From sequence record MW812341.1: a DNA stretch of 64,000 bases. One strand, 5' to 3'. Of the stretch, positions 35,802 to 46,700 are shown piece by piece; position 1 is the stretch's first letter; each line of letters opens with the position of its first letter. Below the pieces are notes generated by a model. That model was not told the origin of the DNA. It ran no database searches and saw only the letters and a program-made list of their open reading frames with translations. A program made the position numbers and the translations under genes.

Positions 35802-38800
35802 ATGGCAGTCGAATTTGACCCGCATCAGAATATCGCGGAGAACTTAATCCCCGATTTAGCGGTCTCGGTTATCGGCACCAAGTACCGAATGCTGGTACCT
35901 TCTAACGGCCCTTTTTACTCCCATTCTCTGGTCGTGAAGAGCGGCTCTACCGTTTTAAAACTCGGCGCTGACTTCCTAATCACACACCCATACATGACTG
36001 GCACGTTGCGTACTGGCCGGTCTGTGCACGGAATGATTTGGATTGTAAATCCGAAATTTACAACTAATTTTAAAGTCACAGCACATTACGTGGGTAAAGG
36101 TAGCGCAACCACTGCGCAGATTACTGCCGAGCGTAATGCTAACGCCGGTAAGTTCCCATCGGATTGCCAATGGGAAGATGTTATCGGTGATGTGTACTTC
36201 CCGCCAGTTGATATCCAATTCGATTGGGCCAACTGGAAGGGCGAACGTGAGCTGATGCAAGCTATTGTGGAAATCGGTAAGAAGATTGGCGAAGTAGCCA
36301 AAGTTCCCGATCCCGTGGTTAACAACAGCTACGAAGTGAATAGTGGTAACTGGGCAGATGGTTTGGGGTATCTCGAATACGTTGGTGGTGGTACTTATCG
36401 CAATGCCACGACTCATGGTATTCAGACCAAGTCTTATATCCGCTTATCACCGATGACTTACCAGATTCCGGGTAATATCGGTGATTACAAAATCGATGTT
36501 ACTTTTAACTACCCAGACTTCCCACTTCTGGGCGGCATTCGCCCTATTTCATTTATGGCGTTGTCCTGCATCATTGGTGGGTATGGTTCAGCCAATACCA
36601 CTCTTGAATACGACGGAACCACGAAAACATGGGCAGTGATTCTCACCGACACACATGGTACAATTAAAATGTACACGTTGGCGAGTTTTGCTTTCCCTGA
36701 CACGATGTGGGCTAAACCGCTGACCGTACAGATAACCCGTAAAGGAAAAGATGTTACTTTCGTGTTATCGCAGGACGGGGCGGCTATCTGGACATTTGCA
36801 TTGGACGTTACGGCAACACCAACGTTACCAGCTGGGATTACCGCCGTATGGAATACCTACAAACTGCAAACCGCGTATTTGAAACCCACAGAAGTTCGCT
36901 TCGATGTAACGGGTAGCGTGAATGACACATTCACGTTTAAGTCTTTACCGGGCGCTGATCTATCTGGCGATGTTCAGGATACGGTGTATCAGCTGTTAGT
37001 GAAGTACAATCAGTTAGTGGATGATTTGTACCGTAATGCCCCTGCCCACCCTCACGTACTCCGTAAAGATAACCCGCATGGTGATCAGTCTTACGGGCGT
37101 ATGCACGCCATAGAGCTGAATGGAATCTCTGACGACGCTACATTGGCCTTCGGTAAGACCCAGGCACAGTTGGCGGACTACGTCAACCAGCGTAGCGCTA
37201 AAGCTACCGACTTCACCGATAAGATGCTCAGGAAGGGTGCTTCACCCCGTACTATCACCGGCACCTTTACCATGTTGCCGGGGCTTTCTTCTATTACGTC
37301 TGCCAAAGACACCGAAGCCTCTGGCGTAGGCACCAATCTGCAAGTCGATGATAAAGTTGTGCGTTTGATTGCGCGTGACTCCTCAACGATTAGTGCGGGT
37401 AGTCAACCGATTACCTTCAATGCGGGTGCCAATGTGATGGTGCTGTATCCGGATGCACGCGAACTGCAATGGAACGGTAAGAAGATTCTTGACCCGACTA
37501 CAGTCGCCCCGTATTTACCGGGTAATGAAGGTGGGGGTTCTGGCATCTTCTACGGCAGCTCAACTGCCACGATGTCGGTGAGCGGGAGCGGTATTCAGTC
37601 TATGCCGTTTATCTTCACCTGGGTAGCGCCAGACGATACAGATAACGCTGCTTTAGCACTGCGTATGCTGACCACGGAGTTCGGTAACTCGGAATCTCTG
37701 GCTGCCACACCTGCCCTGATTCAAAAACTGGCGAATGAGTTCACCGGTAAACTGGAACAGGCGAAGGCATATATCAACGGCCTGTCTCTGATGTCATCCG
37801 TGTCGTTGGATAAGACCAACTTCAATCTGGGTGCCGTGGAGAATATTGCCGACCTGTCACTCCCGACGTCGAACTTACAGCGTCAGGAAATGGCGAAGTA
37901 TGCGAAGGACGGCCATAGTCACGATGCTGCTGCCTTTGGGATTGGTGATGCAACGACAGCGAAAGCGGGTCTGGTGCAGTTTGGTGGTTTGGTTAATGAT
38001 GCAGCGTTGGCACTGGAAGGTCAATATGTGGTGACCCAGTACGACGCGGTTGAGAAATTAGAGGACACGGTTAACAGTTCTGATACCGAAGCAATTATCG
38101 ATATCCTGCGCTTTGGCACATCCGGTAATAACGAGGTGATGAACGGTGCCAGCTACAACGGCTGGATGGTGGTGCTGAATCCGAATAACTATTTCGTGAA
38201 GAAAGACTACGCTGTACCAACCGCAACCTTTAACTTGTCTGAACTGTTCCCAGTGAACCACGAAGATACCGTCATTGGCGTTTACGTGGACATTATGGGT
38301 GAGTCTGCGCAGTATGTGTTGAAAGACAGTATCAACTTTGCGGAAACGGATACGTTAACCCGCATCGGTGAAATCTACACAGACGAAGCGCAAATCTCCG
38401 GCCTCTCTGTTCGTAACACCACACGTCTTGGCAACTTCCGTGAGTTGGAAGAGCACGCTGCTGACGTGAGTGCCCACATCCCTCGCGCACCAACGCAGTC
38501 TCAGTTCGGTTACACCTTTACGAACGATGGCCCTGCTTGGAATAACGGGGTACCGGGGACACGTCGCTTTGATGGCGACTGGCGTATGTTCAAAGGCCCA
38601 GACTTTGTGCCGATGGAAAACGTAGACTGGACAAACTCAGCGAACCTGATACTGAAGAAGACCGGTATCGGCGTGGCTAACCACCGTCACCTGATTCACC
38701 AGTGCCCGATTAAGAAAACGGGTAACGTTATTGCGTCGTTCACATCCACCGACATCACCGCAGCAAACGTGTTTGAAGTTGTCATGGCATCCTGGAAAGA

Positions 38801-39530
38801 CAGCAAGGGGCGACGTAACCGTATTTCCCTGCTTATCCAGCGTACCAACAACATCACGGGTAGCGAAGGAACGTTGTGTTATTTGGGCTTTGCGATTAAC
38901 TACGGCACTAACCGCCAGGTGTTAATTGGTATCAATGCTTCATCTTTCACAACAGCGACCGACTGGCAGGCTATGGCTGCTTCCGTTACCTTTAACCTCG
39001 ACCATGTGTCAGGTGGTGCGTTGCAGATTACCGGTAGTGTTAACGTCAACCCACTTGGGTTTACTTTCACAGTAGATCTGGTCGGGAAGAAAGTGACCTT
39101 CCGGCGTACCTACGGCGCATCAGCGGTAACCGAGGCTTATGACTTAGCACCGTATTTAACCGCTTCGCAGGTTGACATCTCACCGTTGGTGGATGATGCC
39201 ACATGGCCGGTTTACCACGGGATTGGCGGGACGCTGGCTTCGGACGCATCTGTAGCGCTGGGATACGACATGGGAAGCTTCACCGGTCGCGTCGGTTATG
39301 AAACTGCTTTCGACTACATCCATACGCTTTCAGAAATGAACCGTATTCGTGTTATCACTGCGCCTTCTATAAGCAAGCTGTCGAATGCCGATGTTCGTAC
39401 AGCTGCGGCTGCTAAAGACATCGCGTTGGCTGCGAAGCGACCAGATGGGGTTCCTGATTATCTGAATAAAGACCGCTTAGCGACCTACAGCGACGGTGTC
39501 AATTACACCGCAGTGGTAGTGCGTGATTAA
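35802..39530 (+). CDS. Tail fibre protein 1 (1242 aa)
   Basis: Shared N-terminal VP..GPFY..L..G.DF module; HxH and NPH motifs; AT...AGLVQ fibre repeat. Confidence 0.8.
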   Translation: MAVEFDPHQNIAENLIPDLAVSVIGTKYRMLVPSNGPFYSHSLVVKSGSTVLKLGADFLITHPYMTGTLRTGRSVHGMIWIVNPKFTTNFKVTAHYVGKGSATTAQITAERNANAGKFPSDCQWEDVIGDVYFPPVDIQFDWANWKGERELMQAIVEIGKKIGEVAKVPDPVVNNSYEVNSGNWADGLGYLEYVGGGTYRNATTHGIQTKSYIRLSPMTYQIPGNIGDYKIDVTFNYPDFPLLGGIRPISFMALSCIIGGYGSANTTLEYDGTTKTWAVILTDTHGTIKMYTLASFAFPDTMWAKPLTVQITRKGKDVTFVLSQDGAAIWTFALDVTATPTLPAGITAVWNTYKLQTAYLKPTEVRFDVTGSVNDTFTFKSLPGADLSGDVQDTVYQLLVKYNQLVDDLYRNAPAHPHVLRKDNPHGDQSYGRMHAIELNGISDDATLAFGKTQAQLADYVNQRSAKATDFTDKMLRKGASPRTITGTFTMLPGLSSITSAKDTEASGVGTNLQVDDKVVRLIARDSSTISAGSQPITFNAGANVMVLYPDARELQWNGKKILDPTTVAPYLPGNEGGGSGIFYGSSTATMSVSGSGIQSMPFIFTWVAPDDTDNAALALRMLTTEFGNSESLAATPALIQKLANEFTGKLEQAKAYINGLSLMSSVSLDKTNFNLGAVENIADLSLPTSNLQRQEMAKYAKDGHSHDAAAFGIGDATTAKAGLVQFGGLVNDAALALEGQYVVTQYDAVEKLEDTVNSSDTEAIIDILRFGTSGNNEVMNGASYNGWMVVLNPNNYFVKKDYAVPTATFNLSELFPVNHEDTVIGVYVDIMGESAQYVLKDSINFAETDTLTRIGEIYTDEAQISGLSVRNTTRLGNFRELEEHAADVSAHIPRAPTQSQFGYTFTNDGPAWNNGVPGTRRFDGDWRMFKGPDFVPMENVDWTNSANLILKKTGIGVANHRHLIHQCPIKKTGNVIASFTSTDITAANVFEVVMASWKDSKGRRNRISLLIQRTNNITGSEGTLCYLGFAINYGTNRQVLIGINASSFTTATDWQAMAASVTFNLDHVSGGALQITGSVNVNPLGFTFTVDLVGKKVTFRRTYGASAVTEAYDLAPYLTASQVDISPLVDDATWPVYHGIGGTLASDASVALGYDMGSFTGRVGYETAFDYIHTLSEMNRIRVITAPSISKLSNADVRTAAAAKDIALAAKRPDGVPDYLNKDRLATYSDGVNYTAVVVRD

Positions 39531-39540
39531 GGAGACTTAA

Positions 39541-42500
39541 ATGCAATCGTATCCTTACGACTGGAAGGGTACCAATCCTGAGAACGCCTTCCTGGAAGAC
39601 CGGATTGTTGAGGGCGATAAACCAGAAGACCGGGTTATCGTCTTAGACCACCGTCCTTTCTTTGGCTTCAATCTGGTCGTCACCGTGGCGGGTAGTACCT
39701 CGCCCCTGACCCTGGGGAAAGATTACCAACTGGCTTACCAGCTCCCAGAACTGGAAGACTCGGTAGCCTCCCCGGTGTTCTGCGGGGTGCAGTTGATTAA
39801 CCCGGACATTGGGGGTGCGCTGCGCTTTGCTGGACAGACCCTGGGTGACACGTTCTATTCACCGTTCGTCGATATTCTCGATTATCTGGTGAAGCACCTG
39901 AACAACCCAGTTGATGTGGATTGGTTGAGACTCGATGGTCGCCCGACATTGTATCCGCCTAAGCCAGCGGCAACCAGTTGGGCTGACTTGCTGAACAAGA
40001 AATACTTGGCCTCGGCGATTCGTGATGTAGAGCTGGACGCGGGTGCCGCCGCAGATGTGATTCGCGGAAAACTCACCAACTTGAAAGCCACTGTTGAAAG
40101 CTTACAGCGTGAGATTACAGCGTTTAACTACCCGGCACACATCGCAACCCACAAAGCGCACGACATTACAATCGCACAAACGGGTGCCCATCCTGCGAAC
40201 CTGAAAGCCCCTGACACGTTCTTAGCCTACGGGAAGACCTTACGTACCCTGACAGCTGAAATCCGTGCCCTGGGGCTACAGCAGAGCGATATCGATAAGT
40301 ATATCGAGAAGTGGGCATGTAAGGATGTTGACGGGGTGTTTGTCCAACAGTTGGCCGCTAACCGTTCACTGTTTAAGTCGAAATCGGGAACATCCGAGAT
40401 TACGTTCACGGATACGTCCTTCACGATTAAGACCAACGGTTCCGTGATTCTGTCCGCCGGATATAACCCTCAAGAGACGACTATTCGCTATATGGAATGG
40501 AAGTCGGGGGTGAACACCCTGCGTATCGAATCATCCGGTACCGGGCTGGGAATGGATAAGCTGACGTTGAATGGGAAGGTGTTGCTTACCACGAATCTGT
40601 TGCTCGAGTATCAAAGCGATGGTAGCGGTGGGGGAAACACTGACCCAGACGATAACAAGCTGTGGATTCAAGGACGCAACGGCGTGTCATTTACTGGGAA
40701 AGGCTCGCGTCTTGACCCGGTGAAAGGTACACTGACGCCGCCAGCAGCAAGCACTACCGTAAAAGGGATTGCGAAGCTGAAAGCTGGCCCTGGTACAGAA
40801 ACCAACGTCGCGTCCACGCCGGGGTCATTGACTCCGTACGAAGGCAAAGCCAGCGGTTACGTACCGAAGACCACCATGATTAACTCAGGCGCAATGGACA
40901 CAGGTTCACGCGCCTTAGTGAAAGCGGATATTGGGCTGGGCAATGTCGACAACACCAAGGACTTGGATAAGCCGGTTTCCCAAGAGCAGCAAGTTGACCT
41001 TGACGAACTGTCTATCAAGGGACACAAGCACGCCTGGGACGATTTGCTGTTGCCGTTAGCTTCCAGCAGCCAAAAGGGTATTGCCCGTTACACGGCATTG
41101 GAAGATGGACTGGCGGGCCAGAAAGGTGTAGCCCCTAGTCTTCTGAAAACTCTGAGTGACCGTTTGGATATCATCGCTGCGGCTGTAGCGGATGTGAAGA
41201 CCGGTGCGGCTACTGACTTTGCAGCGGTGAATGCCTCAACCTGGACAGTCGCGGCAACCAAACGCGGCTTGACCGTACAGGACTTGGAATACTTCTACTT
41301 ATCGCAAGGTGAGAAGAAGTCAGGTGTGGTTAGCGGGACAATCGACCTACAGACCACCCCGATGTTCCAATGGTTCAGTCCGTACAACGCTATGGAACGT
41401 ACCTGGCCGAAATCCGTCCAGAACGGGACGTTGGTGTGGGATGGTATCTCCAGTCAACCATCACTGCCTTTACTGGCTGTGCCAATGGGCGTCACGGCGG
41501 GCCAGATGGGTAACCTGTCTGTGATATCCCTGTTGGCGAAAGAACGTGTGATAACACTTACTGGCAAGCTGGACATTTATGTTGCAGCCGGTGGTAAGGT
41601 TACGGTGTACGTTGATGGCGTAGAGAAAATCTCTGCTAACTCACCAGCGTACGTCACTGTACCGTTTGATAACGACGATGGAACAGCACATACGGTTGCT
41701 ATTCGTGCGGATTGTACCGACACAGCCAAACCCGCCGCGATGATGTATGAGATTTGGGATGGTAAAGCACCGCTGACACGTTCGGATGTGGGTAAGTCTG
41801 TTGCTATACTTCAGGAGTTCGTGACACAGCCCGACGGCTTACGTCATTACCTTTACCTGAATATGGTTACGGGTTCCATCTACGGACGTGCAGAGCCGGT
41901 TGAGTCTCAGGACATCGATATCGAGCACGCGTTGATTGGTTATGTGGATTTGCCAACAGGTGGACTCACGGCATCATCTGTAGCGTTCCCGAAAACGTTT
42001 GACTTCGGGATGGCGAAGGAAATCTCTGACCATGCCATTCGTACCGATGCTCACAAACCTGTAAAAACCGACTGGCGGTTGTCTGACAACGCAGCCATGA
42101 TTCCGATGGGGAAAACGGTCTTTGAGTTAGGGTTGGCGGTGTATGGCCCGGTTGCGAAGATTAACAGCAACGACAAGACCTTAATCAATGTCCAGGCCGC
42201 TGCTGCTCCGGGGGAACTGTTGTGTCTGTGGGAAGTGAAGAACCAGACGCCTTTACGTTGGACGACTCCGTTTAACCCGAAGGCAGATGGCCACACGACC
42301 ATTGAGGGTGGGTTCATCATTGCAGCAACCAGTTTGTATCGCACAACCCATGTTGAGCATCCTGGTTTCGAGTTGGTGTTTGGTGGTGTTCTGGACGGTG
42401 CTTCTGCTGATCCAGCTTATCGTCGTAACCGACTGATGAAGTGGAATGTCAGTGGTGGCGGTAAACCGAAGATTGGTTTCGCCAAGACCTTGACAGCCAC

Positions 42501-43635
42501 AGCTGCTGCACGCACGACGATGCCTGAATATCAGTTAGTCGATGCTCCGTGTACCGTGACGGTGTTGGGTAGTGGGAACATCACAGGCGCTGCGGCACTC
42601 GATATGGATACGCTGGTAAAACAGCTTCCGCGTTTCGCCATACGTTATCGTTACGATTGTACTACGCGTGTCTTGCGTGTGTTCCAACTGTTCTACAGTG
42701 GTGCCGAAGAAACCATTCGCTTCATTGAAGTGGAAGTGAAATTTGACATTGATTTCCAGCATTACCTTACCGGGTTTGTTGGATTTAATCGTCCGACTTC
42801 CACGGGAACTGCTGAGGTTTATGCGGGATTACCAACCTTGATGGATATGTCTGCCGCCGGGTTCGATGATTCCAAATATCACCACTACCGTTCGTTGTTT
42901 GAATCGTACGCGGATGCCCAGAACATTCTGGCTACCGCATCGAGCAACAATACCACATTCAACACGATAACATCGCTCCAACCGGAGACGTTGCTGTCAA
43001 CTGAGTGGGTCTCTTTACCGGGGGACAGTGGTACAGTAGGACGTTCGCACGATGGGTTCTTACCATCTGCATTCTGGGCAGGACGCCAGCGTCAAGGTTC
43101 ACCGTTGAAATTAGCGGCGAACATGAAGTGGTTCGGTGCGTGGGCTGATAACAGCGCCCCGTCACATATGGCGAATATTACTGCGGTGATTAAACTCGCT
43201 GCGGATTCGATTCCATATCGTGCGGTGTTAAGTATCAGTTCTTCGTACGATGGGAAAATGTGGTATGACTCTTCGGGTGTTTCCACTAAGACTTGGGCGA
43301 AGACCACTAACGACACCTCACCACGTTCGGTAGAAATTATGCCGAACAGTGACCGTTTCGTTGGCGGTAGTTCAATCTTCCTGGAGTTCACTGCCCCAGC
43401 AGCCATGGGTGTTCCGTTGAAGCTTGCCTTCACCTTAACCACTTATGATGTTTCAGGTAATGTACTGGAGACGTTTACCCAGGCCAGCCCACTTACGCTG
43501 TGCTCCACCGGGAAGCGTTACTTTATGGAACGACGTAACCCGTACCACATGACGCAAAAAATGTGGGAGTGGTTGTTAGACCGTATGGACACTGAACGTC
43601 AAGCAGACGGTACAGGTTTCGGCGGTTGGGCATAG
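39541..43635 (+). CDS. Tail fibre protein 2 (1364 aa)
   Basis: Same N-terminal module; ASTTVKGIAKL, IGLGNVDNTKDLDKPVS, HKH motifs. Confidence 0.8.
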   Translation: MQSYPYDWKGTNPENAFLEDRIVEGDKPEDRVIVLDHRPFFGFNLVVTVAGSTSPLTLGKDYQLAYQLPELEDSVASPVFCGVQLINPDIGGALRFAGQTLGDTFYSPFVDILDYLVKHLNNPVDVDWLRLDGRPTLYPPKPAATSWADLLNKKYLASAIRDVELDAGAAADVIRGKLTNLKATVESLQREITAFNYPAHIATHKAHDITIAQTGAHPANLKAPDTFLAYGKTLRTLTAEIRALGLQQSDIDKYIEKWACKDVDGVFVQQLAANRSLFKSKSGTSEITFTDTSFTIKTNGSVILSAGYNPQETTIRYMEWKSGVNTLRIESSGTGLGMDKLTLNGKVLLTTNLLLEYQSDGSGGGNTDPDDNKLWIQGRNGVSFTGKGSRLDPVKGTLTPPAASTTVKGIAKLKAGPGTETNVASTPGSLTPYEGKASGYVPKTTMINSGAMDTGSRALVKADIGLGNVDNTKDLDKPVSQEQQVDLDELSIKGHKHAWDDLLLPLASSSQKGIARYTALEDGLAGQKGVAPSLLKTLSDRLDIIAAAVADVKTGAATDFAAVNASTWTVAATKRGLTVQDLEYFYLSQGEKKSGVVSGTIDLQTTPMFQWFSPYNAMERTWPKSVQNGTLVWDGISSQPSLPLLAVPMGVTAGQMGNLSVISLLAKERVITLTGKLDIYVAAGGKVTVYVDGVEKISANSPAYVTVPFDNDDGTAHTVAIRADCTDTAKPAAMMYEIWDGKAPLTRSDVGKSVAILQEFVTQPDGLRHYLYLNMVTGSIYGRAEPVESQDIDIEHALIGYVDLPTGGLTASSVAFPKTFDFGMAKEISDHAIRTDAHKPVKTDWRLSDNAAMIPMGKTVFELGLAVYGPVAKINSNDKTLINVQAAAAPGELLCLWEVKNQTPLRWTTPFNPKADGHTTIEGGFIIAATSLYRTTHVEHPGFELVFGGVLDGASADPAYRRNRLMKWNVSGGGKPKIGFAKTLTATAAARTTMPEYQLVDAPCTVTVLGSGNITGAAALDMDTLVKQLPRFAIRYRYDCTTRVLRVFQLFYSGAEETIRFIEVEVKFDIDFQHYLTGFVGFNRPTSTGTAEVYAGLPTLMDMSAAGFDDSKYHHYRSLFESYADAQNILATASSNNTTFNTITSLQPETLLSTEWVSLPGDSGTVGRSHDGFLPSAFWAGRQRQGSPLKLAANMKWFGAWADNSAPSHMANITAVIKLAADSIPYRAVLSISSSYDGKMWYDSSGVSTKTWAKTTNDTSPRSVEIMPNSDRFVGGSSIFLEFTAPAAMGVPLKLAFTLTTYDVSGNVLETFTQASPLTLCSTGKRYFMERRNPYHMTQKMWEWLLDRMDTERQADGTGFGGWA

Positions 43636-43670
43636 GACGGCACGCTTGCGAGCGTGCTTAGTTCGCAAGC

Positions 43671-43705
43671 TACCGCCCTTTCGGGGGCGGTATCCGTTTT
43701 TATTT
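43671..43705 (+). terminator. Intrinsic terminator
   Basis: TACCGCCCT-TTCG-GGGGCGGTA plus T-run. Confidence 0.7.
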
Positions 43706-43715
43706 AAAAGCAGGA

Positions 43716-46700
43716 GTGTTATTCATGTCGACGACAGCCCCAGCCCCGTTCAGTGGGACGCTAAAGCTAGAGACGTACCCAAACCGGTTTAATACGGTTG
43801 TGCCGCCCGAGGGGCCGTTCTACCGCACTGGTTTAAAGCTGACTAGCACTGGCACTAACCCACGTCCGCTGACGGAGGGGTTGGATTACTACCTTTGCTA
43901 TTACTTCAAAGAAGCAGCGGAAGCCCTGAAAGACCAGGTCTTCGGCGGCATCATGCTGATTACCGAAACCTCGTGTAATTACACCATCTATTCCGTCGGT
44001 CGCGAATATCGCGTACCGCAGTCCGAAATCGGGAAGTTCCTGGTTAAGCCGGACATGAAAGACCCACGTAACGTCGACTGGTCTGAACTGATGCGCTATG
44101 CGCCGGTTGTGGCTCCTATTGACCCACCGACCAGCTTAGAAGAAGCTATCCTTCGCGACGACGTGGTAAAGGCACTGGACGATATCCGTAAAGGGATTCT
44201 CGAGCGTGCTGGTGAGTTGGATGAAGCGTACACCGAAGTCACCGAACTTATCTTTGCCAACGGCAAGAAAATCTTCGACGACAACATGTACCAGCATCAC
44301 ATGGTGAAAAACGCCCACCAATACACAGCAGAAGAAATCGGTGCCTTAAAGGTATTGACCAAAGCTGTGGATGCAACGAAGGCATTCGGTAAGACCATTG
44401 ATGAACTGGTCGACCTGATGAAACGTAACGGTATCCAACAAACGCACATCGATACGCTGATGCCTGTGGTGCTGGGTGAACTGCGTGGCCGCTTGAAGGT
44501 TCTGAGCAATGGCGCACTGACGTTCCGTACATCAGACTCCAGCCACGTCATTACGTTGCAGGGTGACAAGTTCCTTATCACCACCACCAAGCCGATTACC
44601 ATTACGGCAGATGCGGATAAGAACGAGCCGGGCATTGGGGTAGAGGTTACGTCTGGCCTGAACGCCATGTATGCTCTGTCCGGCGCGAAAGCTCCAATCT
44701 TCAACGGCGCATACCTGATTACCCCGGACATGGTTTCCTTATATCTGTCTGCGGTAAAACTGTTGCCTGCCAATGCCTACTTCAGCTCCACGGACAGCGT
44801 GAAGATTTACGGTAGTGCGAAAGACTATTCCCCGGTTAACATGACGGGTGTGGTTCCAACGGCAACTACCGCAGTCCCAGGCTTGTTACTGGTGACCTCG
44901 GTTTCGGCAAACATCTCAGCAGGCGCAGCCATTTCACAGGCAGCCGTCTCTGCGTTGAAAACCACGCTGGATAACTACGTGGACTCCACGTACAAAGTCA
45001 ACAACAAAGGCTTTGTCACTAACCCGACAACCGGGAACCAAGAGCTGACCCTGTTAGCCTCTGACCTGAGTCTGGGTAATGTGGAAAACACCGCCCCGAA
45101 CGAAAAACCAGTAACCACTGCGATTCGTGCGGTGTTGAACACCAAAGCTCTGAGCACCCACACGCACACCTTTGCTGACTTGACAGGCGTACCTACTGCG
45201 TCTGACACTGTCGCAGGTCTGGTGCAACTGTGGGACGCTATTGATGCTACTACTGATAAGGTGGTGACATCGAAGCAGGGCTACAATGTTCAGCAGAAAA
45301 TTAATACGGTGAAAGCCACGGTTAATAAGTTGCTGCCGTCTTGGACGACTGCGGGTTCTCAGTTCGGTAACCCAGGCTTCTTGCCGATTCCAACTGTGGG
45401 TAACTTCGCAGGCTACCAGAAGAATCTTGAAGGTAATGGTCGTTTAGGTGTCGTGCGGAAAGAGGCGGGGACGTTGTATGTGTTACGTAACGCCACTGAT
45501 GGTATTCCGAACACAGACAACATCTATTACGCTTATGCGGAGATGCCTGACTCTGGGGCGTTGAACAATCGTCAACAAACCTCCGTAACCTATAAGCCAG
45601 TTGGTCTAGCGACGCTGGCACCGGGTGTACGCCTCGTGAAGATTATCTTACCAGGCGACGACGGGATGATTGCTTACGGTTCCGACGGTAAGTATTATCT
45701 GGTGCTGTTCAACGGTACGCTGAACCACGCTAAGCATACGGCCGTGTATGAGTTCACCCCACCGCAGGAAAACAGCGACGGTGGTACCCGAGCACTGACT
45801 ATCGACGCATTAACCATGCAACTGGTTGTGTATAAAGATAAGGTATACCTTATCAAAGCACTGCTTGATAACACACGTTACTGCGTAGGTGTGTGGTCGG
45901 GTAAACCGGGTGAGACCTTCACGAACTTCCCACTGACCGGCGGTGTTGGCACCAACGGCGATTACACGCTGTTGAAAGCGACACTTACCAATCGTATCAC
46001 CCAACGTGATGGTACCCACTATTTCACCCAAGCTGGGTGGGATTACTGGACACAGGGTAAGAACGTTCAACATGGCCCGCATGCTAACCGTGCGGGTATC
46101 GTGAAGAACACGCAATTCCGAATGGGTTTCTGCGTGTCGGTCTGGTTAGCGACAGCAGCGGGAAGCACCGGCTTTAAACGTTGGCCAACCTCCTTTACCT
46201 TCGACTTCGAAACCAAAGCAATCGCCATTGATAACCCAGAAATCTTCCCAATGAAGGTGGATGAGACGGGTATCACGTTCGCGACTGGTGTAAACATGAA
46301 TGATTACAACCAGGACGTGAAGTGGGCATACGGTTCGGCTAATAACCGCACCTATGTATCCTTCAGCGGCGATAACTTGATGGTGTTCTGGGATCAACCG
46401 GAAAACACCTCGATGGCAGGCTGTAGCTCCAGTAAGATACCGAATGGATTAGATGTGTTTGACTTCTTGTCAGGCAAATCGAAACCTGGCGCTTCGCAGG
46501 TAGCCGCCTGGGCCTTTAACCAAGGTCGTGGCTCCGTCTACGAGATGTCCATGAGTTCACCGGTGTTCGTGGGTTCAAACAGCTACCTGATGAGTCCGGT
46601 ACAGGCCAATAAAGCCATCTTGGTTGAGTGTGACCCTAACACGAAATATGATTCGGCTTATGGCGGCTTCGGGCCGACGAACAACCGTACGGACTTTGAT